The translations under genes were made by a program, and so were the position numbers. A DNA stretch of 64,000 nt from Octopus vulgaris (lineage: Eukaryota). Each line of letters starts with the position of its first letter. Positions within the stretch are counted from its first letter, which is position 1. Shown here one piece after another: positions 13,097 to 26,512 of the stretch. The stretch covers positions 74,896,001-74,960,000 of the forward strand of contig OX597816.1 in assembly GCA_951406725.2 (NCBI GenBank), given 5' to 3'. The notes beneath the pieces are model-generated. The model was not told the DNA's origin, made no database searches, and saw only the letters and a list, made by a program, of their open reading frames with translations.

Positions 13097-13414
13097 ATGT
13101 GTCGGGCTCACAATTATGAGGTAGTGAGTTCGATTCCCAGAAAGGACTGTGTGCTGTTTTCTTGAGCAAGACACTTTATTTCACGTTGTTCCAGTTCACT
13201 CAGCCGTAGAACTGAGTTGCGACGTCACTAGTGCCAAGTTGTATCGGCCCCTTTGCTTTTCCCTTGGACACCCTCAGTAGCATGTAGAGTGGGGACTGGT
13301 ATGCGTGGCTGATTACTGGTCTGCTATAAACAGCCTTGTCCGGACTTGTGCCTCAGAGGGTAACTTCCAAGGCGCAATCCCACGGTCATTCATGACCAAA
13401 AGGGCTGTCATTAC

Positions 13415-13420
<6 letters not shown>
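13097..13420 (+). mobile_element. CORE-type tRNA SINE, family D
   Basis: B box GAGTTCGATTCCC followed by CORE-like TTCTTGAGCAAGACACTTTATTTCACGTTGTTCCAGTTCACTCAGCCGTAGAA; matches 32165-32497. Confidence 0.75.
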
Positions 13421-13493
<73 letters not shown>

Positions 13494-13512
13494 TATAATA
13501 TATTTATATATA

Positions 13513-13683
13513 GGCGCACGAGGGGCTGTGTGGTAAGTAGCTTGCATACCAACCACATGGTTCCGGGTTCAGTCCCACTGCGTGGCATCTTGGGCAAGTG
13601 TCTTCTGCTATAGCCCCGGGCCGACCAATGCCTTGTGAGTGGATTTGGTAGACGGAAACTGAAAGAAGCCTGTCGTATATATG

Positions 13684-13753
<70 letters not shown>

Positions 13754-13956
13754 TGTGTCTGTGTTTGTCCCTCTAACATTGCTTGATAACCGATGCTGGT
13801 GTGTTTACGTCCCCGTAACTTAGCGGTTCGGCAAAAGAGACCGATAGAATAAGTACTGGGCTTACAAAGAATAAGTCCTGGGGTCGATTTGCTCGACTAA
13901 AGGCGGTGCTCCAGCATGGCCGCAGTCAAATGACTGAAACAAGTAAAAAGAGTAAA
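13513..13956 (+). mobile_element. SINE family A, full length
   Basis: tRNA head GGCTGTGTGGTAAG...GGTTCAGTCCC, internal (TG)n, CR1-like tail. Confidence 0.9.
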
Positions 13957-13967
13957 TATATAAAACA

Positions 13968-14537
13968 AACAGCAGAACTCGAAGCAATTCAGAGAAGCTA
14001 CACAAAGAAAATCGTCTCAATGCAAAATATCAGCTACTGGGAAACACTGAAGGTATTAAACCTCTTCTCCCTAGAGCGGAGGCGGGAGAGATATGCAGTG
14101 ATATACAGCTGGAAAATCCTGGAGGGTCTTGTCCCAAACTTTGGCATTCAAAGTTACTCCAACCGCAGAACGGGCGCCGCTGCGTGGTGCCAAGGATTCC
14201 AACATCACCATCAAAATACAGGTCCAGATACTGCAACAGCTTGGGTTTCAGAGGACCACAGCTCTTTAACATCCTCCCTAAATGCCTGAGAGACTTACAT
14301 GGTGTGGATGTGGGTTTCTTTAAAACTAAACTGGATCTCTTCTTGTTGGGAGTCCCAGATGAACCTACCTCACGACAGGAGACGCGGATGCGGGCAGCGG
14401 CATCGAACTCCCTTGTTGATCAAGTGCCACGTATCAGAGGTGGATTCACAAACTAGTGTAGCTCATTCAGCGGTGGTGCCCCAGCATGGCCGCGGCCTTC
14501 GGGCTAAAACATTTTTAAGGATTTAAGGATTTAAGGA
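13968..14537 (+). mobile_element. CR1 LINE 3' fragment with (TTTAAGGA)n tail
   Basis: AELEAIQRSYTKKI...SLERRRERYAVIYSWKILEGLVPNFGI, then RGPQLFNILPKCLRDL...VPDEP (frameshifted); homologous to 47620-48100. Confidence 0.92.
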
Positions 14538-14804
14538 TATATATATAATTTTTAAAAATAGAACCAAGAAGAAAAAAACCGTTGCAAAACCGATTAGAGT
14601 AGCGACTCCATCTGAGAATATCTGAAGAAGGAAATTTATTCCGAAATATCATCAGACTATGGATGACTAAATTACAACAGGTATATAGCCCATTGTCTGT
14701 ATTTTTTATAGTGCATTGTTGCAACATTTAAAACTTTTTATTCTTTATAGATATATATACATATATATACATACACATATATATATATGTATATACATAT
14801 GTAT

Positions 14805-14995
14805 ATATCGGTATAGGACGTCATAGAACGTAAACCACAGGAAATACGAAATACGAAAACCTGGAATAGGAAAAATTTTTTGCGAACAACGAAAGAAACA
14901 AATAGAAAACAAAACAAACAATATAGAGAACGACCTTCATCAGTTGTCGGCTGTTTTTCTATATGATTGAATGCCACACATCCATTTCCAAGTAA
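14805..14995 (-). mobile_element. PLE-like terminal fragment between (TA)n tracts
   Basis: AACAGCCGACAACTGATGAAGG then a T-rich tail running into (TA)n; architecture like 27290-27450 and 61850-61980. Confidence 0.35.
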
Positions 14996-15017
14996 GTTTT
15001 ATACATACATACGTATA

Positions 15018-15165
<148 letters not shown>

Positions 15166-15179
15166 ATTATATATATAAT

Positions 15180-15213
<34 letters not shown>

Positions 15214-15964
15214 AATATAACAAAGTGGAGTTGTAAGGTACCGCACGAATGGAATTATATATGAAAGAAGATTTGAAAATGCAATTTTAAAAAATGTTTA
15301 TTTACTTTACCGGTTTCACTTTTTAGAAGAAGATTGTCAAAAGTTCAAAAGTAACATGAAAAAGTTTAGTTGTGTTAATTATTGGTTGTCACAAAATACT
15401 ACAATACATATATACATTCTTTGATAACAAGAACATGTTAAGAACATAAAAAAGTTTAACAAGTTCATTAAAATATTGGGTACAAAAGATTACAACGTAT
15501 ATATACATTCTCAAGAAAATGTTAAAGATAGTTTCCAGAAGGAATTATTAAAAAGTTCAGTGGAATATTGGTATTGTATCTGTATATACATACACGCACA
15601 GAATATTATAAGTTCAAAAAAGTTTACATTATAGTAGTAGGGAAGCTTAAACTGACCTGGTCCACCATGTTATCGTAAAAAGCTTCTAATATTTGAATGA
15701 AACCATTTTACTTTAATTCGTGGAACCAGTTGCTCCTGTATGATAAAACTTAATATTTATTTAGCTGTCAATCAGTGAGATATTAGACTAAATCAATTGA
15801 AGATCAGACAACAGACTCAGTGGTTGTCAGTTTGTATTCTGTCATCGGTAACTTCAACACAAGAAAGTCTCTTTTTCAAGTGTGGACCTTGTGAAATTTT
15901 GCTCATCATACATTTAAGGACAAATCTTTCAATTTATAATTTAACAAACATAGTGTAGCATTTA

Positions 15965-16016
<52 letters not shown>

Positions 16017-16289
16017 GTATAAATATCAACACAATTATTTCTTCTTCCTCTTTTTCTTCTTTCTTCCCTTCTCCAACGACACACCTTCCAGACTCACATG
16101 CACACACACACACACACACCTCCACAAAACAAGAAAAGTCTTCTTTGAAATTGTCACTTTCTAAAAACCAAAAACCATTTACAGTTCCAAAAGAATAAAA
16201 ACAAAAGTGGCACTGATTACTCTTAACAACTTGACCATTCCTCCTTAAACACACACACTCTCTCTCTCCCTCTCACAAGACTTCCTCAC

Positions 16290-16615
16290 CTTTCTTCTTT
16301 TCTAACACTCCCTTAAGATACACACACACACACACGCACACACGCACGCACACACATGCTGTCTCTCACTTTCTCCCCATTCATCACCCTCTTGTACTAT
16401 CTTATATCCCTCCCCGCCACTACATACTCAATAACACAATAAAATGGTCGAAACTGAAATTCTTTTACCCAAGATCTTAGACCCCCCTTGGAGTAAACAT
16501 CCTAACCAACTACAAAAGAAACCAGCAAAACAATTTTTTCTTCTCCCCTCTCTCCCTTTTCTCCCCTCCGCTCTTCTTCTTTAACACTCCTTCAAAATAC
16601 AAAAACACACACATG

Positions 16616-16656
<41 letters not shown>

Positions 16657-16742
16657 TTTCTCCCCATTCATCACCCTCTTGTACTATCTTATATCCCTCC
16701 CCACCACTACACACTCAATAACACTGTAAAATGGTCTAAACC
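16290..16742 (+). repeat. Local direct duplication (~285-bp period)
   Basis: CACTTTCTCCCCATTCATCACCCTCTTGTACTATCTTATATCCCTCCCC..CACTAC..ACTCAATAACAC..TAAAATGGTC occurs at ~16367-16450 and ~16655-16738. Confidence 0.8.
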
Positions 16743-16980
16743 TTTTCACAGGAACTTAGTTGGATTGGAAAACCCCACTAGAATGGGAGAAAGCGCTAAT
16801 ATATGATCTATGATATAAGTTATATGATGTATAAAAACATGTAATATACAAATAAATATCTGTAAATATAAAACCATCCGAATTTCTGAGTATATATACA
16901 TATATATATATACATATACATATATATAAACACATATACATATATATATATATACACATATACATATATATATACACATA

Positions 16981-18196
16981 CAGTTGCGGCCAAAATGTTC
17001 AGAACAGCATTGTTTTCGTCAGAAAAGTAGGTATAAGTTTTTAGTAAAGTTGTTTTATATTCTATAATTTTCACAGACAATAAATACGATATTATTTGTT
17101 ATTGTCTGAGATTTTGGTGTAATTTGAGAGGATAATACAAAAGTTATGAATGATTTACTGATTTACTGCAAAACCCATGGCGGCCAAAAGGATCAGAACG
17201 GTTGGTTTTACTCCATGTTTTAGTATGTTTAACCGTCGAACTCTAATGTTTTGAATTTGTTTACGTGATGGTTCATTTACTAAACATTAGTAAGAATATC
17301 TGCAGTGTACTTTGTTAATATAATGCCACTTACTCCGTTACCAATTCGTCAGCAGATTATTAAGCTTCGAAAGAAGGATAATTTAAGTATTAGGTCTAAA
17401 AGATTGTTAACAAGTCAAAAAGTGTTGTTCACGGTATTCTTAAGGTCTACGATGATTGTGGTTCGTGTGAAGCAAGAAAGTCTATAGGTAGGCCAAGAAA
17501 AACCACCAAAAGAAAAGATCGTGCTATGGTACAGTTGATTAAAAAGGACAGATTTAAAACTGCTGTTACTGTTTTTCGGGAAAAGAGCATTGTACTGAAG
17601 AAAACTTTATCTCGAAAAACTGTGTCTCGTCCTTTAGTTGAACATGACCTAAAAGCAAGAGCACCTGCAGTGAAGCCACTGATCAGCTCCAAGAATAAAA
17701 AGTGTCGTCTTACCTTTGCAACCGAACATGTGTTGTGGTCTCAAGAAAAATGGCAAACGGTGCATTTCAGTGATGAATCTAAGTTTATGTTATTTGGCTC
17801 AGATGGGAAAAGGTACGTTCGTCGAAAAGTAGGTGAAAAATTGTCACCTAAATGCCTTAAGACTAGTGTTAAATCCGGTGGAGGAAGTGTCATGGTTTGG
17901 GGGATGATATTTGGAGATGGTGTGGGCCCTTTGGTACGATTACATGGAAAGGTAAATGCAGGAGTTTATAAACAACTTGTAAAAGATCATGTCTTGCCTG
18001 TGCTGAGAAATTCAACTAAGCGACCACCCATATTCATGCAGGACAATGCCCCATGTCACAAGGCTAAGGTGGTCATGAACTTTCTCAAGGCTGAAAAGGT
18101 TATTGTTATGGATTGGCCTGCTCAAAGCCCTGATAAAAACTTATACGTACTTTTCTGACAAAAACCATGCCGTTCTGAACATTTTGGCCGCAACTG
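16981..18196 (+). mobile_element. Tc1-family transposon copy 2, both ends present, internally deleted
   Basis: TIRs CAGTTGCGGCCAAAATGTTCAGAAC / GTTCTGAACATTTTGGCCGCAACTG with TA flanks. ORF 17526-18158 has FSDESKF, MQDNAPCH and WPAQSPD, then runs straight into the right TIR, so the catalytic E is lost. Confidence 0.95.
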
Positions 18197-18218
18197 TATA
18201 TATCTTTCCTTCTTCTAT

Positions 18219-18253
18219 GTTTCCGATGAAGAGCTCCGCTCGAAACGTTAAAC
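18219..18253 (+). ncRNA. Minimal type I hammerhead motif in PLE-like fragment (18203-18345)
   Basis: GTTT-CCGATGA-A-GAGC-TCC-GCTC-GAAA-CGT-T-AAAC: stem I GTTT/AAAC, stem II GAGC/GCTC, palindromic AACGTT helix III. Confidence 0.7.
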
Positions 18254-18363
18254 CCTCCTTCTTTTCTGAGCATCCAATAATACTATATTTGTTCCACGTC
18301 CTCGTGATGTTGTGTTTTTTGTGCTTTCAAGTTTGGATTAACTTTATATACACATATATATAT

Positions 18364-18412
<49 letters not shown>

Positions 18413-18505
18413 CATATACACACACACACACACACATATATATACATATACACACACATATATATATACATACACACACACACACACACATATATATATA
18501 CATAT

Positions 18506-18540
<35 letters not shown>

Positions 18541-18957
18541 CACACATATATATATACACACACATATATATATATACATATACACATATATATATACACA
18601 TATACATATATATACATATACATATATATACACATATATATATACATATACATATATATATACACACACACATATATATACATATATACACACATATATA
18701 TACATATATATATATATACACATAATATAAAATAAGAAAATGGAGAAATACATCTAAATCAAATATCGATTACCAGATAATACTCAATCACATACTTTAT
18801 TAAACCACCACATAAGAAACTGTAAGGACAAACATAATAAAGTAGAACAAAATAGTGTACATAAAGGAGTGTACATAAAGGAGTAATGTTATACAGTAAG
18901 TACAATATGTATAAGATAATATAAAAATAAGTAAATATAAGTATAGATATAGTCTAC

Positions 18958-19047
18958 ATCTTACAGCTGTTTCGGCCATGCAGATAAGTATGTCTCGTAG
19001 TTATAAATGAGACATTTACAAAAATATCCTAAGGCCTCTTCGGAGAT
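18958..19047 (-). ncRNA. Type I hammerhead motif with extended stem II
   Basis: Minus strand: ATCT-CCGAAGA-GGCC-[insert containing a TGTCTC/GAGACA hairpin]-GGCC-GAAA-CAGCTG-TA-AGAT. Confidence 0.7.
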
Positions 19048-19367
19048 TATGCGATACAAATCAGATCACATACACATATATATAGGTGTGGGTACATACC
19101 CATAATAAAACATATACATATACATATGAGTGCATATACTCACACTCCTATACATATAAATATACATATACATAATGATATAAATAATATAAATAATATA
19201 GATCAATAAACATATATATGTTCCACATTCAGCTTAATATTGTGATAATTACAATAGCGGTAGATTGGATATATGTTATCCCATGGAGGGTTGCATTTAC
19301 AACCCCTATCTCAATTTGTATATATACACATATATATACATATATATATATACATATACATATACAT

Positions 19368-19637
19368 ATCACGTGACCGACCAGTCCATCAGATGTAGTT
19401 ACACATCGCTGGTCACAATGCGTTCGCATTGTTTTAGCCTTCGAATGACGCCACCCCGCTGGCTAAGCGAGCAGGCCAACAGAAGAAAGAGCGGTGAAAG
19501 AGTACAGCAGGAATCACCACCCCTTGCCGGAGCCTCGAGGAGCTTTTAGGTGTTTTCGCTCAATAAACACTCACAACGCCCGGTCTGGGAATCGAAACCG
19601 CGAGTCCGCTGCCCTAACCACTAGGCCATTGTGCCTC
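19368..19637 (-). mobile_element. SINE family C with tail Y
   Basis: Family C head and body; tail GGCCTGCTCGCTTAGCC...CATCTGATGGACTGGTCGGTCACGTGAT differs from the other copies. Confidence 0.8.
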
Positions 19638-19670
19638 ATATATACATATATATATACATATATATATATG

Positions 19671-19701
<31 letters not shown>

Positions 19702-20113
19702 GTATATATATACACATATATATACACACATATACATACACATATATATATACACATATATACATACACATATATATATATACACATATACATATATATA
19801 TATATATATACACACATACATATATATATATATATACACATATATACATACACATATATATATACACATATATACATACACATATATATATACACATATA
19901 TGCACACATATATACACATATATATACATATAAATACTTATATATTATATATATACTTATATATATACATATATATACTTATATATATATACATATATAT
20001 ACTTATATATATATACATATATATACATATATATATACATATAGATACATACATATATATACTTATATATACATACATATATATACTTGTATATACATAC
20101 ATATATAAACGTA

Positions 20114-20154
<41 letters not shown>

Positions 20155-20207
20155 GTTTATATATTTGTTGTGCAAGATTTTTTATGTGAAGTCGTGTGTT
20201 GAAACAG

Positions 20208-20460
20208 ATATTGTTATATTTCGGAATGGTCATTTTGCCATTTTAGCCAATAAATACAAAATGGCCGACGGTTAGTAAGGAGAGACACAAATAAGAAAGA
20301 AGAAAACAAAGGACCACTGATGCGGTCACAGGAGTGTGACGAAAGAATTAAGATTAATGTAAAAAATAAATAACACTGAAGCAAAGTAACACCAAATATA
20401 TAGTGCGTGTGTTTTTATTGGCTAAACTGGCAAAATGATCATTCCGAAATATAACAATAT
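20208..20460. mobile_element. MITE-like element with ~50-bp inverted repeats
   Basis: ATATTGTTATATTTCGGAATGGTCATTTTGCCATTTTAGCCAATAAA at left; near-perfect reverse complement at 20410-20460. Confidence 0.65.
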
Positions 20461-20474
20461 ACATATATATATAC

Positions 20475-20511
<37 letters not shown>

Positions 20512-21103
20512 CATATATACATATATATATACATACATATATATATACATATACATATATATATACATATATATACATATATATATTCATATATATACAT
20601 ATATATATACATACATATACATATATATACATACATATATATACATATATATATACATATATATATACATTTATATATACACATATATATATACATATAT
20701 ATATATACATATATATATATACATATACATTTATATATACACATATATATATACATATATATATATACATATATATATATACATATATATATACATATAT
20801 ATATATACATATATACATATACACACATATATATATACATATATATACATATATACATATACACATATATATATACATATATATACTTATATATATATAC
20901 ATATATATACTTATATATATATATATACATATATATACTTATATATATATACATATATATATATACTTATATATACATATATATACATATATATACTATA
21001 TATATATATACATATATATATATATTTATATATACATATATATACTATATATATATATATACATATACTTATATATATATATATGTATATATATACATAT
21101 ACT

Positions 21104-21160
<57 letters not shown>

Positions 21161-21230
21161 ACATACATATATAAAAAAATGTGTGTGTGTTTGTGTATGT
21201 ATGTGTGTATGTATATATGCATACACACAC

Positions 21231-21297
<67 letters not shown>

Positions 21298-21339
21298 ACT
21301 TTAAATGCTTTTCCAAATAAAATTGTACTCCATAGTTTA

Positions 21340-21418
21340 AGCTCCGATGAAGCTGTAGCGTGATACACAAGCATTCAACTGAGTGCATTGCAGCTTATTG
21401 CAGAAGCAGCTGTAAGCT
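21340..21418 (+). ncRNA. Degenerate hammerhead motif
   Basis: AGCT-CCGATGA-AGCTGTAG...TTGCA-GAAG-CAGCTG-TA-AGCT (GAAA changed to GAAG). Confidence 0.45.
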
Positions 21419-22619
21419 AATGAAGTACACAACATAATCTATAGTTTTCCTTTTATCATTTTAACTTCTTGTTATTGTTCTATACTCGACTAAACCTTTG
21501 TTCTGAAACAAATATATATTGAGTTCTAACACCATGTTATTAGTATCATTATGCGTGTGCGAAATATTATACAAATATAGTTAGATCGATCCATCGGTAG
21601 AAAGATGTGAATTTTAGAAATGTAACACAAATCGCTCATCACGTTAACATGAGAAGAACGTTTCACCTAGAAGGCTATACCTTTGCTACTCAGGAACAGG
21701 ATATAGCTTCTAAATAGTTGAAAGGATTGTGCAAATGGTCATACCAAAGGCACATCAAAACCAGAATGTAACTACACTTAAAAATAATGAATGCTGGCGG
21801 AACATTTTTATAAAAACAGAGAAGAATGATAAAGAATGAAAAGGCGGTAATTACTGATAGAAAAAGCCTACAAAAAGTACAGCAGTGAAAAAAAAAATTA
21901 AATAGTTTTTCCTTACTTGCTTCCGTGTGGTATAAATGAATGAGAAAAAAGAAAACTGCCGGCAAATGGTAAAATTCCATGTCACAAGGTATTTCGAAAC
22001 TTGTTTCCTTAATAATCCCTCTCTTTTCTTGTTTCATTTCATCATTTAACTACAGTTATTTTTTTTAATATTTGTTGTTAATTTTTCACTAATGAATCAA
22101 CGACACAACAACATGAACAACAATTAAGAAAGAATTTATAGAAATATTCTAATATTGTTGTGTCTTCCACTGAGAAGTTCTTGTGAAAGAAAAAAGGTTC
22201 GCTTGCTTTCCTTTGTTTTGTTTTGTTTTTTTAATAATTTTATCCTTTTTTTCGTACTCCAACTTCTATGTGAAGACGTGTGCGTATGTGTATTTATATG
22301 CGTAATGTGTACTCACGTGTGTGCGTTTGTGTATCTGTGTACCTATGCATATGCGTATGTATGCGCCGTGTGATGTGCATGCGTATGTGTATCTACGTAT
22401 TTGCGTATATACGCGCACGTATATATGCGTACGTATGTATGTTTGTGTGTATATATATCTGAACAAATGAGTACTTGTGCGCACGTGTCTATGTATATGT
22501 GTGAAAGCATAAATACGTACTTAGGACTGTGTATGGTCATGCGCACTCACGGGTGTATGACTATGTATGAGTATATATAAACATGTATGTGCATCTGCGT
22601 ATGTGTGTGAATGACTACC

Positions 22620-22626
22620 GTTCCTT

Positions 22627-22657
<31 letters not shown>

Positions 22658-22796
22658 TATTATTATTATTATTATTATTATTCGTTTTTGTATTTTTCTG
22701 AAACTTTTTAAATTATTTTTTTTTGTTTCAGTTGATGGCGATGACTTTCGCAACAGTAGTAGTAGCGGTTGTGGTGGTAGTAGTAGTAGCAGTAGC

Positions 22797-22847
<51 letters not shown>

Positions 22848-22950
22848 TTTTACAACTTTCTCTACGCGTCACGTGGGAAATGTTTGCGAAGTAAGTGTGG
22901 ATGGTTTTATTATCAGAATGTGACACGCGTTCTTTTTTACTTTGCCATTA

Positions 22951-23000
<50 letters not shown>

Positions 23001-23310
23001 CGCCACCACCACCACCGCCGCCACCAAAACCACAACTACTACAACCACGGAGGCGGTATCCTTACAGCTAATGAGGTATATCCGAGGGTGGTTGGTTGCT
23101 GCTCGTTGAAAACCTACCACAACTATCATCAACAACGCCACCGCCACCGCCACCACCGTTACTACTACTACTACTTCTACTACTATTACTACTACTACAA
23201 CCATCTGAGCTTTCGTTGTTCTGTCAATGCAAACGCTTCAAACACGTTTTTGTCGTTTACACCGGCATATACAGACCTAGAGAAATTGTAGCAGCAGCAG
23301 CAGCAGTAGC

Positions 23311-23350
<40 letters not shown>
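22620..23350. repeat. Trinucleotide microsatellite cluster (ATT, TAG, CTA, CAC)
   Basis: Seen directly. Confidence 0.9.
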
Positions 23351-24202
23351 AACCAAAGAGAAAGTAAAGATAGTGTGAGTAATGCGCTTATGAAGGAAGG
23401 ATATTACACGTGCATGCAGTTGTCAGTAAGGAACCAATCAAATTTAAGGTCGTTCACTTCGCGTCAAAAAACACTCCCAAATCAACGACGGGACCTTAAC
23501 GCAGTCACTTCAAATGCGAGAAAAAGCAGCTAATCTCCTTCAAATCACACTCTACCGACTTTATACTTTTATAAAAAGAAAGAAACACTGCCCGATTTAG
23601 TCCTGGATATACGTAAAAGTTGGGATGATATGGATGCGAGCACGGGTATGTGGTTAAGAGAGCTGTCCAACAGCCACATCGTATTTGAGTTCGATCCCAC
23701 AGAACGGCAACTTAGGGAAGAGCGTTGTACCATAGTTTCAAACAGGCCAGTTTCGTGTGACTGGGATTTGGTAGAGGGAGAAGTGCATAAGCCAGCCGTG
23801 TGAGTGTATGTGCAAGTGTATATGTGTGTATATGAATGCGTATGTGTTTGTGTTTGTGCTACGATTGTGTGTATATGAATGCGTGCGTTTTGTGTGTACG
23901 CGTGTATGACTGTGTGCGTGTGTCTGCCTGTGTATGTATGTGTGCGTGTATATATATATGTGTGTGTGTGTATGTATGTATGTATGTATGTATGTATGTA
24001 TACGCACAAACGAAAACTAGCAGGTTGAAACTTCGGAGTCACTGTCTCCCCTCCTGTAGAAGTTTAATTCACATGTATTCTGGTAAAAAAAAATATTGAG
24101 TAATTCCTCAGTTTGATGTTAAATTGTTTTTAATATATAACTTGACATAAAAAAAAACAAGCATTAACACACACTCACACACAAACACACACACACGTAT
24201 TA

Positions 24203-24570
24203 AGGCGGTGAGCTGGCAGAAACGGTAGCACACCGAGCGAAATGCTTTGCAGGATTTCGTCTGTCATTACGTTCTAAGTTCAAATTCCGCCGAGGTCGAC
24301 TTTGCCTTTCATCCTTTCGGGGTCGATAAATTAAGTACCAGTTACTAATCGACTGGCCTCCTCCCCGAAAATTTCGGTCCTTGTGCTTAGAGTAGAAAAG
24401 GATATTTTGTCCGTCTTTACGTTGAGTTCAAATTCTACCGATGTAGACTTTGCCTTTCATCTTTTCGGGGTTTGATAAAATAAGTACCAATTGAGAACTG
24501 GGTTCGATGTAATCGACTTGGTCCCCTGCCCCAAACTGGCTGGCCTTGTGTTAAAAATTGAAAACCAATA
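24203..24570 (+). mobile_element. SINE family B tandem dimer (junction ~24400)
   Basis: Full head GGCGGTGAGCTGGCAGAAACGGTAGCA, core, tail ...GAGTAGAAAAG, then a headless second monomer starting GATATTTTGTCCGTC. Confidence 0.8.
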
Positions 24571-24572
24571 TA

Positions 24573-24617
<45 letters not shown>

Positions 24618-24619
<2 letters not shown>

Positions 24620-25076
24620 CGTCAGGCTCATAATCATGACGCAGTGAGTTCGATTCCCAGACTGTGTGTTGTGTTCTTGAGCAAGGTACTTTACTTCACG
24701 TACCTCCAGTTCACTCAGCTGTAGAAATGAGTTGCGACGTCACTAGTACCAAGCTGTATCGACCTTTACCTTGTCCTTGGGTAAACATCAGTGGTGTGGA
24801 GAGGAGAGGCCGGTATGCATGGGCGACTGCTGGTCTTCCATAAACAACCTTGCTCGGACCTGTGCCTCGGAGGGGAACTTTTTAGGTGCAATCCCATGAT
24901 CATTCACAATATATATAATGGTCTAAACAAAATGCCACCTGGGAAATAAATAAGGTATGTATATTCGATTACCGGACTGTGTGTTGTGTTCTTGAGCAAG
25001 GTACTTTAATTCACGTACCTCCAGTTCACTCAGCTGTAGAAATGAGTTGTGACGTCACTAGTAACAAACTGTATCG
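24618..25076 (+). mobile_element. CORE-type SINE family D plus a partial tandem duplicate (24963-25076)
   Basis: GACTGTGTGTTGTGTTCTTGAGCAAGGTACTTTA.TTCACGTACCTCCAGTTCACTCAGCTGTAGAAATGAG occurs twice. Confidence 0.8.
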
Positions 25077-25235
25077 GACGAGATAGTGAAGATGCCGACG
25101 ACTACTCGGTTCAAAGTCTCTCTCGACCAGAAATGGCCTGAACTCTTTGCATGAACACCCTCCCGGTACATAACTCCATGTCCCCCCTACATGGCCTTGC
25201 TTTTTGCTTTTTGCGCCAAAAAAATTAACTTAACT
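25077..25235 (+). mobile_element. Short 3' end of a second CR1-like LINE
   Basis: DEIVKMPTTTRFKVSLDQKWPELFA* resembles the CR1 C-terminal EVV.A.....FK..LD motif; short UTR and repetitive tail follow. Confidence 0.45.
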
Positions 25236-25645
25236 ATATTCACATGAACATGCACCCCCACCACCACCACCCCTTTTTAGTCAAAAATACATGTTTCTAC
25301 AAGTGAGATATTTCCTTCTGGGAGAAAATTAGGCAAACACACGCCGCCGTCTGCAGAAAGTAAGCAGAGGGGAACAGGAAGAGTAATATTGATTTTTATA
25401 GGGATTATGCTGAGGCACTGGTTTGAAGGGTTTGGTCGAGCAAAATGACTTACCCCACCCAGTCTTATATTGTAAGTCTGGTACTTATTCCATCGGTTTC
25501 TATTGCCGAACCGCTAGGATATGGGAACGTAAACTAACAAACATCGGTATGCGACTTTGAAAGAGAGCGGTTCCAAAATTCCGCTGTTACGTGTGCCTGT
25601 GTATATGCGTGTTTGTATGCGTATGTGTGAAAGAGAGAGAGAAAG

Positions 25646-25719
<74 letters not shown>

Positions 25720-26282
25720 TGTGGCGTATGTAAAAGAGAAAGTGTGTGTATGTTTGTATATGAAAGAGAGTGTGTGTGTGCGTGTGGCGTATGCAAAAAA
25801 GAAAAGGAGTGTGTGTGTGTTTGTATATGAGTGTGTGTGCGTGTGTGTGTACGTGCGTGTGTGGCGTATGTAAAAGAGAAAAAGAGTGTGTGTGTGTATA
25901 TATATGAAAGAGGGAGAAAGTGTGTGTGTATGTGTGCGCGCGCGTGTATGTATGTGTAAAAGAGAGAGAAAGTGTGTGTGTATGTGTGCGTGTGCGTATG
26001 TGTGTGTTTGTGTGTGTGTGTGTATATGTGTGTGTATGTGTGTATGTGTGTGTGTTTAAATCTTTGCTACCTGCTTGCCAAAGTTGGCAGCACGATTACA
26101 CAGAAATCAAAACAAAAACAAGACAAAAACTAGAAAAAGCATCGTTAGTAAATAAAAACCGAAAAGCAGCAAAAATGGATTCCAGTTTGTTGTAAATGTT
26201 TCGTCCCAGGTCATCGCAGATCAAACAAACCTATGATCAAAGACATTCCAGTCGAGTTTCATCGTTATCTTTTATCTTTAAA

Positions 26283-26480
26283 TTTGTTTCAGTCATTAGA
26301 CTGCGGCCATGCTGTGGTACCGCCTCGAAGTATTTTTAGTCGAATGAATCGACTCCAGCACTTACATTGTTTTTAGGCCGAGTACTTAATCTATCGGTCT
26401 CTGCTAAATTACGGGGACTTAGACATACCAGCACCGGTTGTCAAGTGGTAGGTTGGGGGACAAACACAAAGACACATGCA
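26283..26480 (-). mobile_element. SINE family A, 3' part
   Basis: TTGTTTCAGTCATTAGACTGCGGCCATGCTG...GGGGGACAAACACAAAGACAC. Confidence 0.7.
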
Positions 26481-26512
26481 CACCCACACGTGTGTGTGTG
26501 TGTAAGGGTAAG

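Noticed and set aside
15300-15345. Further hammerhead-like remnants (also ~50240-50325, ~58738-58800, ~59705-59795, all minus)
   Set aside because: Each has core substitutions or missing stems; compatible with old PLE ends but not supportable individually.
19420-19480. Possible HDV-like ribozyme in SINE C tail Y
   Set aside because: Only a TTAGCC/GGCTAA stem is evident; I could not build the nested double pseudoknot.
22611-23533. Poly-Ser/Tyr/His/Val ORFs
   Set aside because: Trinucleotide microsatellites.
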